In this document: positions 1 through 12,801 of the stretch, piece after piece | How positions within the stretch are numbered: position 1 is the first letter of the stretch | Layout of the letters: every line of letters starts with the position of its first letter | From: Vermamoeba vermiformis | Lineage: Eukaryota | Reading direction: 5' to 3' | DNA length: 64,000 bases | NCBI GenBank assembly: GCA_045837725.1 | Contig: JBEWZL010000163.1 | Coordinates: forward strand, 434,001-498,000 | Position numbers and translations under genes: made by a program | Notes under the pieces: generated by a model | What the model was told of the DNA's origin: nothing | Database searches by the model: none | What the model saw: only the letters and a program-made list of their open reading frames with translations

Positions 1-1000
1 AAAGCATCGAAAAGAACTTTTCTTTCGAGCTCATCTTGCGAAATTGCGGTGCCAGTCGAATGGCTTCTTTGTCTCGTTGATAAAGTGCCTAATGAGATAG
101 GACTAGAATCGTTGTATGATTCGGGTGCACTACTACTAAGACTATCCGATAATCGAATAATGTCTTGGGCGGTGGCAATTGGAATTGGGGTCTAGATCAA
201 GAAAACAATTATTCATGAACAAAAAATTAATTAACTCAACTTGGTACTTACGGATTGCGTTAGTGATATGCCGCCACGATCCTCAAATAAATTTTCTTTT
301 TGTGGCTCATCTTCTGAAGCAGAAGACTCTGAACGCGGTGAATCTACAGGATTCTGATCTTCAACTTTTAATTCCTCTTCTTCTTTTGGTAGCGGCTCTA
401 CTTGAGCTGGACTTATTGCTGATTTTGCTAGCTCTGTAGCGTGTCGTCGAACTATATCTGCAGCCGCATACCGAAGCACAGGGACGCTCTTTAAGTTGTG
501 ATCAGATTTAAAGGTTATTTCGGTGGTGATTTCTTTTAGTTAATAGCATTGATAAATTAATATGTCATATTTGCCATCAATACCGACCATTGAGTATTTT
601 CATATACGCAGCCGTAATTTAAGAATTAATAATCAATTCCGGCATCCGTTTTAAAACGAATATTATTATATTTTCACGCCATTAGTGCGATTAAAAAACT
701 AATAATGATTATCTATAATATTATGAATGAGATAATGAGCTTACGTGAGCTTTACTGAGATCTTCTGACATCAAGGAGCTTTCGGTCCCCCCTTCAAGCA
801 ATAAGTTCACAGCTATTAATAATAAATTAATATATTATTGCAATGTATTATAATCTCCGTTTGCCGCAGATGCACCGCTTGCACCAATGTAACGGACTTG
901 CGTAATTCCGTTAGTAACTTACTTACTCTTCTATTACCAGGCAATAAGAGCCCAAATATGTCTGGCTGATGTGTTGGTGAATATTGATTCGGAAATTAAT
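1..1000 (-). CDS. Partial multi-exon hypothetical gene running off the window start; boundaries approximate
   Basis: Minus-strand ORF 231-479 (LRYAAADIVRRHATEL, acidic low-complexity tail) plus several minus-strand GT/AG splice signals. No recognisable family. Confidence 0.35.
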
Positions 1001-1236
1001 AAATGATCACAACGATTCTGGGACAACCACCAAACGAGATTATATTGAAAATAATGACTACCTTTAGATACGCTTAAAACTATGAAATAATAATAAGAAA
1101 AACGTGACAAGCAGTATTCAAGTTGGATGGCTCTCATGAGCGTTCGAGCCAGGCTCGAAAAAGTCATTTCGCGCCAAAATCAGCGCCAACACAAATTTTC
1201 GACTTTTTGAATTTATTTTGTAATATTAAAAGCACC

Positions 1237-4200
1237 ATGGAAGAGAAACGCACTAAGTTCGCCGAGCAATTGCTTCGGTGGGCTACAGATGAAATGCAAT
1301 GGGCGCCTGAAACTAAATACGCCAATTCAGCGCCTCCCACAGTTGCAGATTTGAAAAAGCTTTATCGCGGAGAATCAGTCAACGCATTAACATTCTTAAT
1401 GTCACATATTAAATCCGAGAAGTACGTTCTGCTAAGATCTGCTTTGATCGATCAAGCCTAACTAATCTCTCAACAGGAATGTGAAGCTTATTAAGGGCAA
1501 TATTGAACTATATCCTTCATAAAAATATTTCTTAAATATTATATTGTTAACCGGGCTCAAATCCCCCCGTAAACCGTTTTATAAAACTGTTCAAATTAAA
1601 TTTAAGTTTTGATTTTATGCAATTGTTTAATTTCCGAAGCGATTTAGAACTTTTTAATTTATTTTGTTGAAAGAATTCGATAAATTAAAAATTTTAATAA
1701 TAATTAAACATTTTAATTAATCAATACTGGCGGTGCGATGCATTGCCCTCGCCCGTTAGCAATAGTAATATCACACGTATTTAGGGAAGTATATAATATT
1801 TATTTAACGTTGCAATACAAATATACAGTACGATCAGCGGGACAGCTGTTGTGCACTTGTGAGTGTCAGTAGCGGTGGTAGGTTCACTTACCCAAGGCGC
1901 CGTGTATCGTGTGGTTTTGTGGCTTACTTCGTGATTAAACTTTGAAAAATGAACGGAAAAGATTCTGCGGTGACGTCAAGCTCCTTCCAAATATGGTCAA
2001 AATGGCCAAATTCATAGGAAATTCTTGTCCGAAAACTAGAATGACCAATCGTTAGCGAGCTTTGATTCGTTGTCACCGCAAGTCATGTTTTTCATTGTCA
2101 AAGTCAGCACAAGCCACGTAGCCACACGACGCACTGCACTTGGGTAAGTTTATCGCTAATGACACACGAGCAAGCAGAGCAACCAGCCGCCTTGAACTGT
2201 CGTACTGTGCATTGTAATTGCAACGCTAAATAAAATTACGTTCACTAAATACTAGTGTCTTATTCACTGAAGCCACGTGCCGAACGTGACCGCGAGCACC
2301 GCTGGTATCAATTAATTAAAATGTTTAATTATTATTAACATTTTAAATTTACAAATTCTTTCAATAAAATGTAGAAATCGAAGTTCTAAATCGCTTCGCA
2401 AATTAAACATTTGAATAAAATTAAAACTTTAATTTAATTTGAACAGTTTTATAAAACAGTTTACGGGGGGATTTGAGCCCGGTTAACAATATTTTATAGC
2501 AGACATAATTTATTCTTTAATTCAAACCTACAGCGAACAAATCTGTTAGTAATCAAAAATTAGAAGAGGAAAAGCGAAAATTAAAGGCAGAACGAGACAA
2601 ATTACGAGCAATGGTCGACAATACACGATCAAATATCAGTATGGTCAAAACTGAAGTGGATCAAATCAATAAAGAGCTGATCTCAACAGGTAAGCAATGA
2701 AATCTCTGGAATAAACAGATATTGATCGTTCTACTATAGACCAACGACTAAATGAGTCAAAAGCTTCATTGCGCGAATTTCAACAACGACAATCACTTTT
2801 ACAAGGCTACGACCAGAAAATGCAGAACCTGATCGCCTTGCTGAACGAATACAATAAACGACTGACGCTAATCGCACAAAAGTTGGTCATTAAGAAAGAC
2901 AGCAAGAGGTAACCATCCATAAATCTGAATATTAGATCCGCGACACAATGACTTACGATCCAAATCCAGCTCTGAAAATGTCTTAAAAGACGGCGAAAAC
3001 ATCGAAAACTCGCTATCGGTGAGTCTAAAACAAATTATATCATAAATTAATCGGTTAGTTGACACGCTTGATTTTAGGCCTCACTCAAACAAATTCTCGG
3101 AGCGGTTCAACAGCTGCTTATACACCTTCATATTAACCACAACAAAGTCGCTTCAATAGTGTTTAATTCTTTGCAAGGCCAGTCACTATCGAGCGAAGAA
3201 GCCAAAAGCGTCGAATCAACTGTAGAAAGTACTGTAGAGGTACGCGAAAGCTGGATCCAACACGACCTCATAATTTGACTAACACTAATCGCTATAGAAA
3301 TTATTTAACGAGCCGATTGCTTTACTTGACTCGCTTATCCAATTAAGTAAAGTCGCGGGTCAAGCCTTGAAACACGACGTTGAAAATTTTGATATGAAAA
3401 AAGAAGCGCAACACTTCAAGTAAGATCTGCTAACCCAATTCTAATGTTCAATACGCTAAGTATAATATTAGGTCGAAGTTAGAGGCTACGTCAGGCGAGG
3501 CAGGATATCTTTCAATTGATACCTTGCTGAGCGAAGAATTGGACAAAGAAAATATGGCCGATAATGCCAACACGAAAGAAAATCCTTCGTCAAAGGTTAA
3601 AGCCGTGTCTGAATTATTGCAAGAACAGCGCAAGGAACAAATTGCTCGATTCGTTGCTACTGAAGGCATGAAGAATCAAATCGCCGAGTTGAAGATGCAG
3701 ATGGATCAGTTCAAAAACCGTCGTTTGAGTATGGACGCTACTGCCAGCGACGATAAAGAGAATGATAGTGTTAATTCTACTATGGATGCTAAGCGAAAGC
3801 TCATTATGGACTTGCAAGACATTGAAGTCTTATTGGCGCAAGAAAAGGCTGCGCTACAAGTTACGGATCAGATCGTCAAACAACTGAGCACGCAAAAAGA
3901 ACTTCTTAAGAAGGACCTTGATTTATTAGTGGCCCTGTATAGCAAGATCCTGCAATTTGACTCCATTAACGTAAGTTTTCTATCATTACAATCCTGAAGA
4001 TCTAATTTTGCCTTCCACAATGCAGCAAGAAAAACAATCTTTCATTCAAGAGATGATTAAACAAAATGAAACAGTTCGTAAGGCCTTCGAGGCTCGAAAG
4101 AAAGACATCAAGTCGTTCGTGGCTCAAAAGATCTTCCCCTTCAAACAAATCTTGCTTAACTTGTCGCGAAGTGCTCATCAAGCGATGGCGCGTGAAATCG

Positions 4201-4911
4201 CAAGCTTTGATCGACTACCTTTGAAGAGTCTGTTGAAGACAGGCGAAGGGTAAGTCCGGATACGATTTTTTGTAACGGATCGAAACTGACTTGTAAGCAG
4301 CGAGGAGCAAAGACTAGTGTCCGATCTGTCGATTACTAGACAAACTTTGCCTAATCCAATGAGAGAAGAGCTTTATAACGCGCTTAGCTTGCCTACTTCA
4401 AAGTCGACTGAGGAGATCCTGCCTCACATTGTAAAAATGAAATATAGAGGTCAGTACCAGGCTATAATAGTGCTCAACAATACTGTTACTCATATTTTAA
4501 TGCAGCGGAGGACTTTGAAGCTAAAGATGAAGACTTCAAAGCCAATATCCAAGACATGAACGACGATCTCGAAACTCCTCAACTTAGCGACGTAAGTTTG
4601 ATCAAAATAACGCTCATTATGCTATAACATGTACTTATTATTCTATGCAGGTCGAGAATTTGGAAGCCCAAGTTAAGAAATTAGAAGAAATGCAGTTGGG
4701 TCAATGGTTGCCTGTTTTAGAAAGCACGTTACAAAATATTCAATCTGGTATCGAGAACTGCGACAATGTTCAACAGCTCGTTAATGATTGGTGGAGCCAA
4801 CCTGCGCAACACTTGGTCGATTGGATCGAGATCGACGGCATGAATTACTCGCAGTGGTTAGCAAAATGGCGAGATTTGTGGTTTAAGTTGCACAATTCGG
4901 CCGCTAAATAA
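1237..4911 (+). CDS. HAUS5: Augmin/HAUS complex subunit 5 (multi-exon)
   Basis: N-terminus LLRWATDEM...PTVADLKKLYRG...FLMSHIKSEKNVKLIKGNI and C-terminus DWWSQPAQHLVDWIEIDGMNYSQW match my recollection of HAUS5/AUG5 ends. Coiled-coil middle. The first exons splice in frame. Confidence 0.85.
1510..2531 (+). other. U12-type (minor spliceosome) AT-AC intron in HAUS5
   Basis: 5' splice site ATATCCTT at 1510-1517, U12-like branch TTCTTTAAT at ~2513-2521, terminal AC at 2530-2531. Splicing gives in-frame ...GNIEL|ANKSVSNQKLEEEKRKL. Confidence 0.9.
1541..2492. repeat. ~950-bp imperfect inverted repeat (fold-back/MITE-like) inside the U12 intron
   Basis: ATATTGTTAACCGGGCTCAAATCCCCCCGTAAAC at 1541 is the reverse complement of the sequence ending at 2492. 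Arms align from ~1541-1999 and ~2042-2492 with a ~40-nt loop. Confidence 0.9.
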
Positions 4912-5204
4912 TAATATTTGTAACCATATCGTTGTAATTGCATATCGTTGGCGATCAGTCAAAATTGTAGAATAAATTTCATGCGTACATCCAAAAAAGA
5001 AGACCCTTTTTGCCGTTTGATATCAAACGATTTCTAATTAGGTAAATTCTGTACTATTTCTCTGACAATAAGGAGGGTCTTCGAATTCGCTACCGCGTGT
5101 ATTTCAGAAAAACTACCCCCGCCCTGGTAGATGTGCCACGTGAAAGACAAAACTTTGCAACTGCACGTTTTCTTCATTATTTATTAATTAGATACACAAG
5201 CACC

Positions 5205-7533
5205 ATGAGCAATAACAACCAAAACAAAGACGACAGTGTTTTATTCTTGGATCTCAACCCGGAAAACCCGACAACTGAGATCGAATCCGCTTGCGTGAAC
5301 TGCGGAGAAAATGGAACCACTAAGTTCATGCTTACTAGCATCCCCTTCTTCAAGGAGATTATTATTTCAAGCTTTGAATGCCCTCACTGCGATTACTCGA
5401 ACAAAGCCGTTCAGTATGGTAGCGTTCAGGATACAGGTGTCCGTTACACTTTGAAAGTCACTGGTCCTCAGGCAAGTACTATTACATATTTTTAGTAATT
5501 TTTGTAGTATTTTCAACACCGTTTCTGACTTGGAATAGTTCTTTGAAATGGATTGGGATCTGAGAATCCAATATTTAAATTTAGTCAAATTAGTTTACGC
5601 ATTTAAGCAACTTGATAATAACAGCACCCTTATTTTCTAGGTTATTAACCTAGTTGCTAATTTTTAACTATCTTAGGACATGAATCGCCGTATTGTGAAA
5701 TCTGATCACGCAACAATTACAGTCCCTGAAATCGACTTTGAAATTCCTCCTATCACCCAACAAGGCACATTGAACACTCTCGAAGGTTTCTTCATGCAAG
5801 TAAGTATTGCATTATTAACGTGTCACCAGATAGCGATCGCTAACAAAACAATTTTTTAAGAGCATTGATGGTTTGCAACAAGAACAACCTGTTAGAAAGG
5901 TAATTATTAACATATTCTAAAATATTATCAAATTACAAGCGAAAATAATTTTTGCTAACTTCGATCGCAGATCATGCAACCAGACGTTTACGAAAAAATC
6001 GAAGCCTACATTAAACAATTAGAAAAATGCATGCGCGGTGAAATGACATACACTCTTATTCTCGACGACCCTGCTGGTAACAGTTTCATCGAGAATCCGA
6101 TGGCTCCTCAAGAAGATCCGAATCTCCGAGTTGAACGATACGACAGAACTGAAGCTCAATCAGAGCAAGTCGGAGTGGTCCATAATGCTAAGAGAACTGA
6201 AAATAGGCCCATTGAGCCACAAGTTGACGCCGTTACTGGTGAGATCTATGGCCCCAAGAAATCGAACGTAGCAGCCAAGCAAGGCTCGCTTATTCGTATG
6301 TTGAACCCCAACGAGACCTTGGATGCATTAAGTACTGCTATTAAGGTATGTAACGCAATATATAATAGAATTAGTTTCGTCAAGTTCACATCCGACAAAA
6401 CACGAAATTTCCTTTGAACAAGTTGGTAGCTACCGAACACCCTTATAATATTATATAGTCATGCGTAATTACTAGTAGTACTTATATTTTTAGCCAATAT
6501 TATTGTTGATATTATGGAATGGTTTCTAACGAATATTTTGTAGCCTGCTGATATGAACGAAGTGATGCAATTCCCTGCCACGTGCCCGATGTGCAAAGAC
6601 CCTGGTATTCAAAAGATGCTTGACGTCAAGATCCCCTTCTTTAAGGAAGTTATTGTTATGGCCTTCGTGTGCGAGTCTTGTGGATTCAAGAACAGCGAGA
6701 TCAAGTCTGGCGGTGCTATTGCTCCGAAGGGTAAACGCTTGACCTTGCGTGTTACTAACTCTGAAGACTTGGCTAGAGATATTTTGAAGGTAAGATGATT
6801 ATATAATGATTATATACAGTTATTCTTTTAATCAAAATTTCTTCGTGCTTTGTACTGGATCCGTACAGACTTAGCGTAACATTGCTTCGAGTTATATAAT
6901 CCATACCATACTATCATAGTGTTGTACAATCAACCTATACAATCATAATGCTGTCTATAATGTAGTCCGATACTGCCGAGATGCGCATCCCTGAAATCGA
7001 GTTGAAGTTGACTGCTGGTACTTTGGGAGGCAAATTTACTACAGTAGAAGGTCTTGTTATGAACGTAGTCGAACAATTCAAGAGCTATCCTTTCATGGCT
7101 GGAGACAGCTCATCTGCTGAGGAACGCGATCGAATGGAAAAGTTTGTTAATCGTCTTGAAGGCGTAAGTACTTCTCTATCGTTGAGATATACTTTTAAAT
7201 ATTATGTTACACAATTACGCGATTTCTGGTGCATTATTTTGCATTATTAAGCGATCTCCAGAAATCAGTACGCGGATGTAGTTATCACTTTGTTAACCTC
7301 TTTTTCCTTAGATGGCCAAAGGAGCTGAACCTTTTACTTTAATCTTGGACGACCCTGTCTCAAACAGTTATATTCAAAGCGCGACTGCTCCTGAGAAGGA
7401 TCCGAAGTTGGACGAAGTCGAGTACGAAAGATCTTGGAAACAAAACGAAGTTCTGGGTCTCAATGATATGAATACTGAAGATTATGAGACTATTGAACCT
7501 GAGCATACAGAGCATAAAGAAGAAAAGAACTAG
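5205..7533 (+). CDS. ZPR1: Zinc finger protein ZPR1
   Basis: Two repeats of a CxxC...IPFFKE(I/V)I...F.CxxC Zn finger plus A/B domain ([30 protein letters not shown]). First intron is GC-AG (5472-5676). Confidence 0.95.
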
Positions 7534-7908
7534 AACGGCCTAAAAAGTTTGTAAGGATCAAAAACAAAAAATAATTCAACTTGTTAATAATAAACTCTGC
7601 CAATAACCTCAATAACTTAATCATAAACATTATCTCGAATACAAAAGATAAATAATTGATCACGACAACTTTTTTTCGCTAGCAGTGCACGAGCAGAACA
7701 AATTTCTTCGAAGAAAAAGCGTACCAAATTTTTTTCGCTATCAGAATATAGGATAGCAATCAGCTCATAATGTATAGATAGGTGCTAGCGAACGCTACGA
7801 TTGGTGGAAATTTCCCTATTCAGAATACAATCAGAAACAAATTTCCATAAAAAAGCTTCGTATTTACTTCCTTCCTTCCATTCACAAATAATTGTGGAGT
7901 TCAGTACA

Positions 7909-9250
7909 ATGAAGATTTTCTTGGCCGCAATCGCGATCGCGCTGTTTGGGCTGGCAAGTATTCCGTTTATGATTGCTTAGAATCCAAATCTTACTGAATA
8001 TTATGCTATAGGTTGCATCACAACCGACTCTCTTCGCTCAGATCGACCGTTCAGACAATTCGGACACGGCAGTAACTTCTCACTTGGTCAACATTGATCC
8101 AAGCACTGGTCTTGTGTTTGAAACAGCGCCAATGTTCGTCGAGGCTAATGTATTGTAAGCTAAATTGTGCCCCGAAATAATTAATATTAAACGGACGGCA
8201 GCGGCCAGAGGCAGAGGTCTATCCCTTTCCCTGTCTCGACGATGGATACGCTCAACAAGGTCTACTATTACACTCCTAACCTTTACTCTACCTTCATATT
8301 TCGAGGAAATATTCAATCAGGCTCTCAGATGCCGCCTATCGCCTTTAATCTCGATTTCGTCAGCGCGTAAGGATCTCGATCCGCCTCATTTCGATTCTAA
8401 CTTTTTCTTGATAGGCTAACCTTCGATACGGTGGGTAAAAGAGTACTAAGTATGTCTACCAATGATATTTACAGCCGTAACTAACGGATCTCAAAGTTGC
8501 TGGAGTGCCGCACGCAACCAACGATCTAATGCTCGTCGCTTCCCCAGTCACCAATGATCCCTTATCAGTTGGTAATGCTTCCGTTAATTAATTAACCTAT
8601 TTTGAAGTGAATGTAACATTAGCTTTCGTTGATCAGTTGCGAATCTGACTGCCTTGAGCGGTAGTTCATATGCCTTCAGTGCAACGGTTGACACGAAGAA
8701 TGGAATATATTATTGGGTATCACTAGTTCAGATAAATGAGACGTATGACCAAATAAGGCTGAACCAGGTAAGTAAATTGAAGCATCTTCCACATCCAAAC
8801 TTCTGATGCGCATCCGTTCAGTTCTATTTCAACAACCCAAACGAATCTATTTCATATCCTGTATGTGGTCCTTGGCAGGAAGTCCCTCAGAGAATATTTT
8901 ACGATGGCCAGCGACAGAAGATAGTCATGTTCACAATTTCCTTTGATTCAATTAGTAAGTTTTAAATTGAAACTTTTTCCGGTAAAACTAACGATATTTT
9001 ATTTAATTGCACAGAATTTTCTTACTTTGTCAACAACATTAATCTCAAGACCGGCGCATGTCAAAGAACTGCAATACAACTCAGCGACTTAAATAGTGAT
9101 TGGGCTTACGACGTTAATTCTCAACTTGCGTACACTATGGCTGGATACACTGTGTATACATTTGATGCTACCTCCGGCAAAATGATACATCAGGCATACA
9201 CAAAACTTGACAGCCGAACTATTGGCTCTTTGGAGTTCGTGCATATGTGA
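7909..9250 (+). CDS. Secreted hypothetical protein, possibly beta-propeller-like (multi-exon)
   Basis: Signal peptide MKIFLAAIAIALFGL|VASQP across a GC-AG intron (7954-8011). Last exon is open to TGA at 9248-9250 (DWAYDVNSQLAYTMAGYTVYTFDATSGK). Middle exons not fully resolved. Confidence 0.6.
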
Positions 9251-9647
9251 TAAAAGGTACTGCCCTTGTCTAGTTATGTAACACCACGCGCGAAAAGAGT
9301 TCGCGCTAGGCGACATATCGCCTGAAAGATAAAAACACTTTGTATCGTTATTTATGTATGCGTTTTACTCTTATATCAATAAACAACTTACTGTTATTAT
9401 TCTGACTGTTATTTTAGGTACCTTTGCTCTCACTCTTGCAATTATTCAATCAAATAAATAAAATTTCTTTTGTAGCTGGTCATCTCGACCACCTTCAGAT
9501 GCGTCTTCAGGATAGAATGGGAGTGATCTTAAAAGCGATAATGTACCTGTCTGGAATCAGAAAATGATGTGGATTTATAACCATCCTCATTAAATTTCTT
9601 TGCGGATTCGTTGACCAGTCAAATACTGCTCAACACCCGGTTTTTTC

Positions 9648-9655
9648 TCCCATAC
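9648..9655 (+). promoter_or_regulatory. DUSE-like upstream element of U6
   Basis: TCCCATAC about 60 nt upstream of the U6 start; resembles the Dictyostelium upstream sequence element (WCCCAYAA) in sequence and spacing. Confidence 0.4.
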
Positions 9656-9713
9656 TTATCTGAACGAGCTAACACTGCAAGTACATTACGTTCGTGCCAA
9701 CGTATTTCCAATC

Positions 9714-9734
9714 GAGCTGAAAAGCTCAAATCTG

Positions 9735-9767
<33 letters not shown>

Positions 9768-9838
9768 GGTCCCTGCGCAAGGATGACATCAGAGAGAAGG
9801 AACTAACTACCCCTCGGGGTTTATTTATTTATTTTTTT
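9714..9838 (+). ncRNA. U6: U6 spliceosomal snRNA
   Basis: 5' stem-loop GAGCT-GAAA-AGCTC, then CTAAAATTGGAACGATACAGAGAAGATTAGCATGGTCCCTGCGCAAGGATGACA (ACAGAGA box 9751-9757, AGC triad, ISL). Oligo-T Pol III terminator at 9832-9838. Confidence 0.93.
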
Positions 9839-10041
9839 GCGCAGAGCCTTCCAAGGATAACACAAAAACTGTTTTTCTTAATGTCTGTAGCTGTGTGAAA
9901 CTGGATCTGACCACATCCGCTAGACCACGAACATTCTGACAAATAGTGGTATTATCTTTTTATAGCATCAATGCTATCTTGCTCAAGAAGGGGATTGCTA
10001 TCTAATATCAGTCAATTTTTAAAGTCTCGCAGCTAATTGGA

Positions 10042-12474
10042 CTAATCCTCGACGTCTTCATAAGCCACCAGAGCATCAATCTTGTTGACCGAAGTGTCGT
10101 GCTCGTCAGGCGCTCGTTTCTTGTTGACAATAATGCCATTAGCGTCAATAACCTCGCCTTGCTCAAAGCTGATAAGTTTCTGTTTGACACCGTTGACACT
10201 TCGAAATGACACCGTGTCACGTGCTGGATTTGACACGTAGGTCGGTGTGTAGTAGTCGTTGTCGTATATTGTCGGAATGAAGGATTGTTGGTTCTGGTTC
10301 GATCGTTTAGGCACTTGCACGGGCTTGTAGCCAAGTCCATAAGTTGCCAAGTTTGCGTCCAGTTGAATCGGCTCCGCAATTCCTTCACGCCCTTTGGGTC
10401 CTATTCCTTGACCATAGCTCCAGCCCCTAATCAAATAATTGACTAAGTACCTCGTTTAATGAGCAGTGACCGTCGTCCTAACTTACATTTTTGCCATAAT
10501 CTTTGAAGCAGTGCCTTTGTTGTGCTTCTCAAATGCGCCGAAGTCGCCCTTTGGCCACGATTCATCAGTCTGTGCAATCGATTGGGCTGAACTGACTTCA
10601 ACAGCCGCTGAACTGTCATTTGTAGTTGACTTTGCCTCGACATTAATTCCTGCAGTAGCTTGAGTGCTCAAAGTGCTTGTCTGGCTTGTTCTTGGTGCGA
10701 ACTTGAATCGCTTTCGAGGTCTCCTCTGCAGGTTACTACGCTGCACTTGACGATCTCTTTTGACACTCAGCTTCATGTCCCAATCGTCCACTTCCCTTTC
10801 ATCGTCGTCTCCTGCAAAAGTTGTGTCAATAATTTAAATACTGTAATTGCATAGCAATCGAACTTTGAACTGTGAAAAAATCAGTCGTGGTTGACACGTG
10901 TCACTCGATATTTTTCACGTGTCAAGCAAGTGTCAACTAGCGCGTACCTTTCAGACTGTCCCAGTGCACGGCATCAGTGTACGTGACGAGTCCGCTGCCT
11001 CCCTTGTCCCACGGCTTCTCGACTTTTTCTTCGTACAAGTAACCTTCTTCATTGTCAACTTCGTGAATGGCTTGGTACCTGTCCCACTCTTCACCACTCG
11101 ACTAAGAAAGTCACGTGTCAGCTGAGGTTCAGGCATGTATACCCAAATAAGGAAATATATTCCTGTCTTTGAACTTACGTCGTCGCTATCACGATCGATG
11201 TAATTGTCTTCGAGTTGAGTTCGCCGTCTTTTGCGACTTTTATTGCCCTTATTAACCTCTTTGTAATAATCGAGCGGATGATCGACGTAATCAACCGCGG
11301 AGTATTCTTTCGGAGATTTTAATTCTCGATAGTTCAACGGAACTGCTCCGAACAATTTATCCGACAGCGCTTTCTGTTGTATACCCTATTAAATATTATT
11401 AATAAGGCTGCTTTAGACAAACGAGAGCGAAGAGTGGATCTTACCAATCCTTTCAACACCGATGTTGGTAGAGTGCATCTATCAACTGCCCGTTTAATCT
11501 CCCGGCGAGATGTTCCGACATTGCCGTGCGGTAACCCTCTATATAATTACAATCAGTATTGTCTCGATTAATGTGAGACATGGACTAACGCAGGCGCAAC
11601 TAGCTCCAAATTGACAGTGTCATTTGTTGCTGCTTGTTTTTTCTTGTCTAATAGAGCTTTGCGTTCTTTGAGCGACAAAAACTTGGTATTGGCACTTGCC
11701 TAATTAGGAAATACTTGTTAGACGGAAACTCTGTAACTTGATTAATTGTCAAAGACGTACTGGCTCATGTTCTGCATGTGTTGTCGTATTTTCTTGATGT
11801 ATATTGCTTATAGGTGCACTAGTCCTCTCGATGACGCACATTGAATCGAGTTTTTGGCCAGTTTTGTCGATCCACAGTTTGTCTGCGCACATTCGTTCAG
11901 TTAGTTGGACATCAAGCAATGTAAAGTCAATAAAAATAATTACAATTATCATATTATATAACAATACAATGTTATAGTGAACCAATCTTACTGTTGTAAC
12001 GAGCAATTAATTCGTTCAGATCTCGAGAGGTTTTTAGCTGTATAAGGCATTTATACGTATCCAATGGCTTATTCTCTACAAATACAGTGCATAAGAAAAC
12101 TGATGTTTATAAATTCAAGTCTAAATTATTACCTGACGTCTCAGGAGAATGAAGGTAATGGAAGATCTGAAATCTTTCTCGCTCGATGAAGTCCGAAAAG
12201 AATGCCCTTAAATCGGCAATCCTATTTGATAATAAGTGATTAATAAATTAGTCCTAATTATGACTGAAGCTGGATGTCGATTGCAAATTACGCGGACCAA
12301 AGCAATTTTCAATTCCAATTAATTCAAAAATTCAAAAATTGGCCTGTCATCGCTTGGTGCATATAATATTTCTAATAATGCTTACTTGAATTTTTTAGGA
12401 ATATTCAGAACATTCGCAAACGCATCTTGACTGGGATTGTCTGTTTGCGTTGTATTATCATTACTTGCTGCCAT
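10042..12474 (-). CDS. GPATCH3: G-patch domain-containing protein 3
   Basis: Spliced motifs NIPKKFKIADLRAFFSDFIERERFQIFHYLHSPE, LPHGNVGT, EEWDRYQAIHE, WDKGGSGLVTYTDA, DDWDM and C-terminal G-patch FGAFEKHNKGTASKIMAKMGWSYGQGIG. Confidence 0.85.
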
Positions 12475-12801
12475 AATTCACTAACAACATGCAACCCTTT
12501 GATATATATCATGGCGCGAAAAGCTTTTAAAGTGGAATTGAAATTGCGATCTTATCGATCGTGCACAACTCCTTCGCACGGATGCTCGAATAGAGACTTG
12601 CCCAACGCGTCTATGCTCTCGAAGGTCTATTGTGGTGTTGTTCACAACTATTAGTTCATAGTTTAAGAAAGAACACTCCTTCCTGAATTTTCTTTGCTGA
12701 AGCAAAACAAAACGTAATACGTTTCTCTAATGAAACATAATTTATTTACGCGTTATCTATAAATATATTAAGCCATTGGCTGGCTTGCACTCTACAGGTT
12801 T

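Noticed and set aside
1541-2492. Autonomous transposon
   Set aside because: No ORF or transposase remnant; only the inverted-repeat structure is supported.
9895-9935. tRNA A-box-like TGGTCTAGCGG on the minus strand downstream of U6
   Set aside because: No cloverleaf, anticodon arm or B-box could be built.
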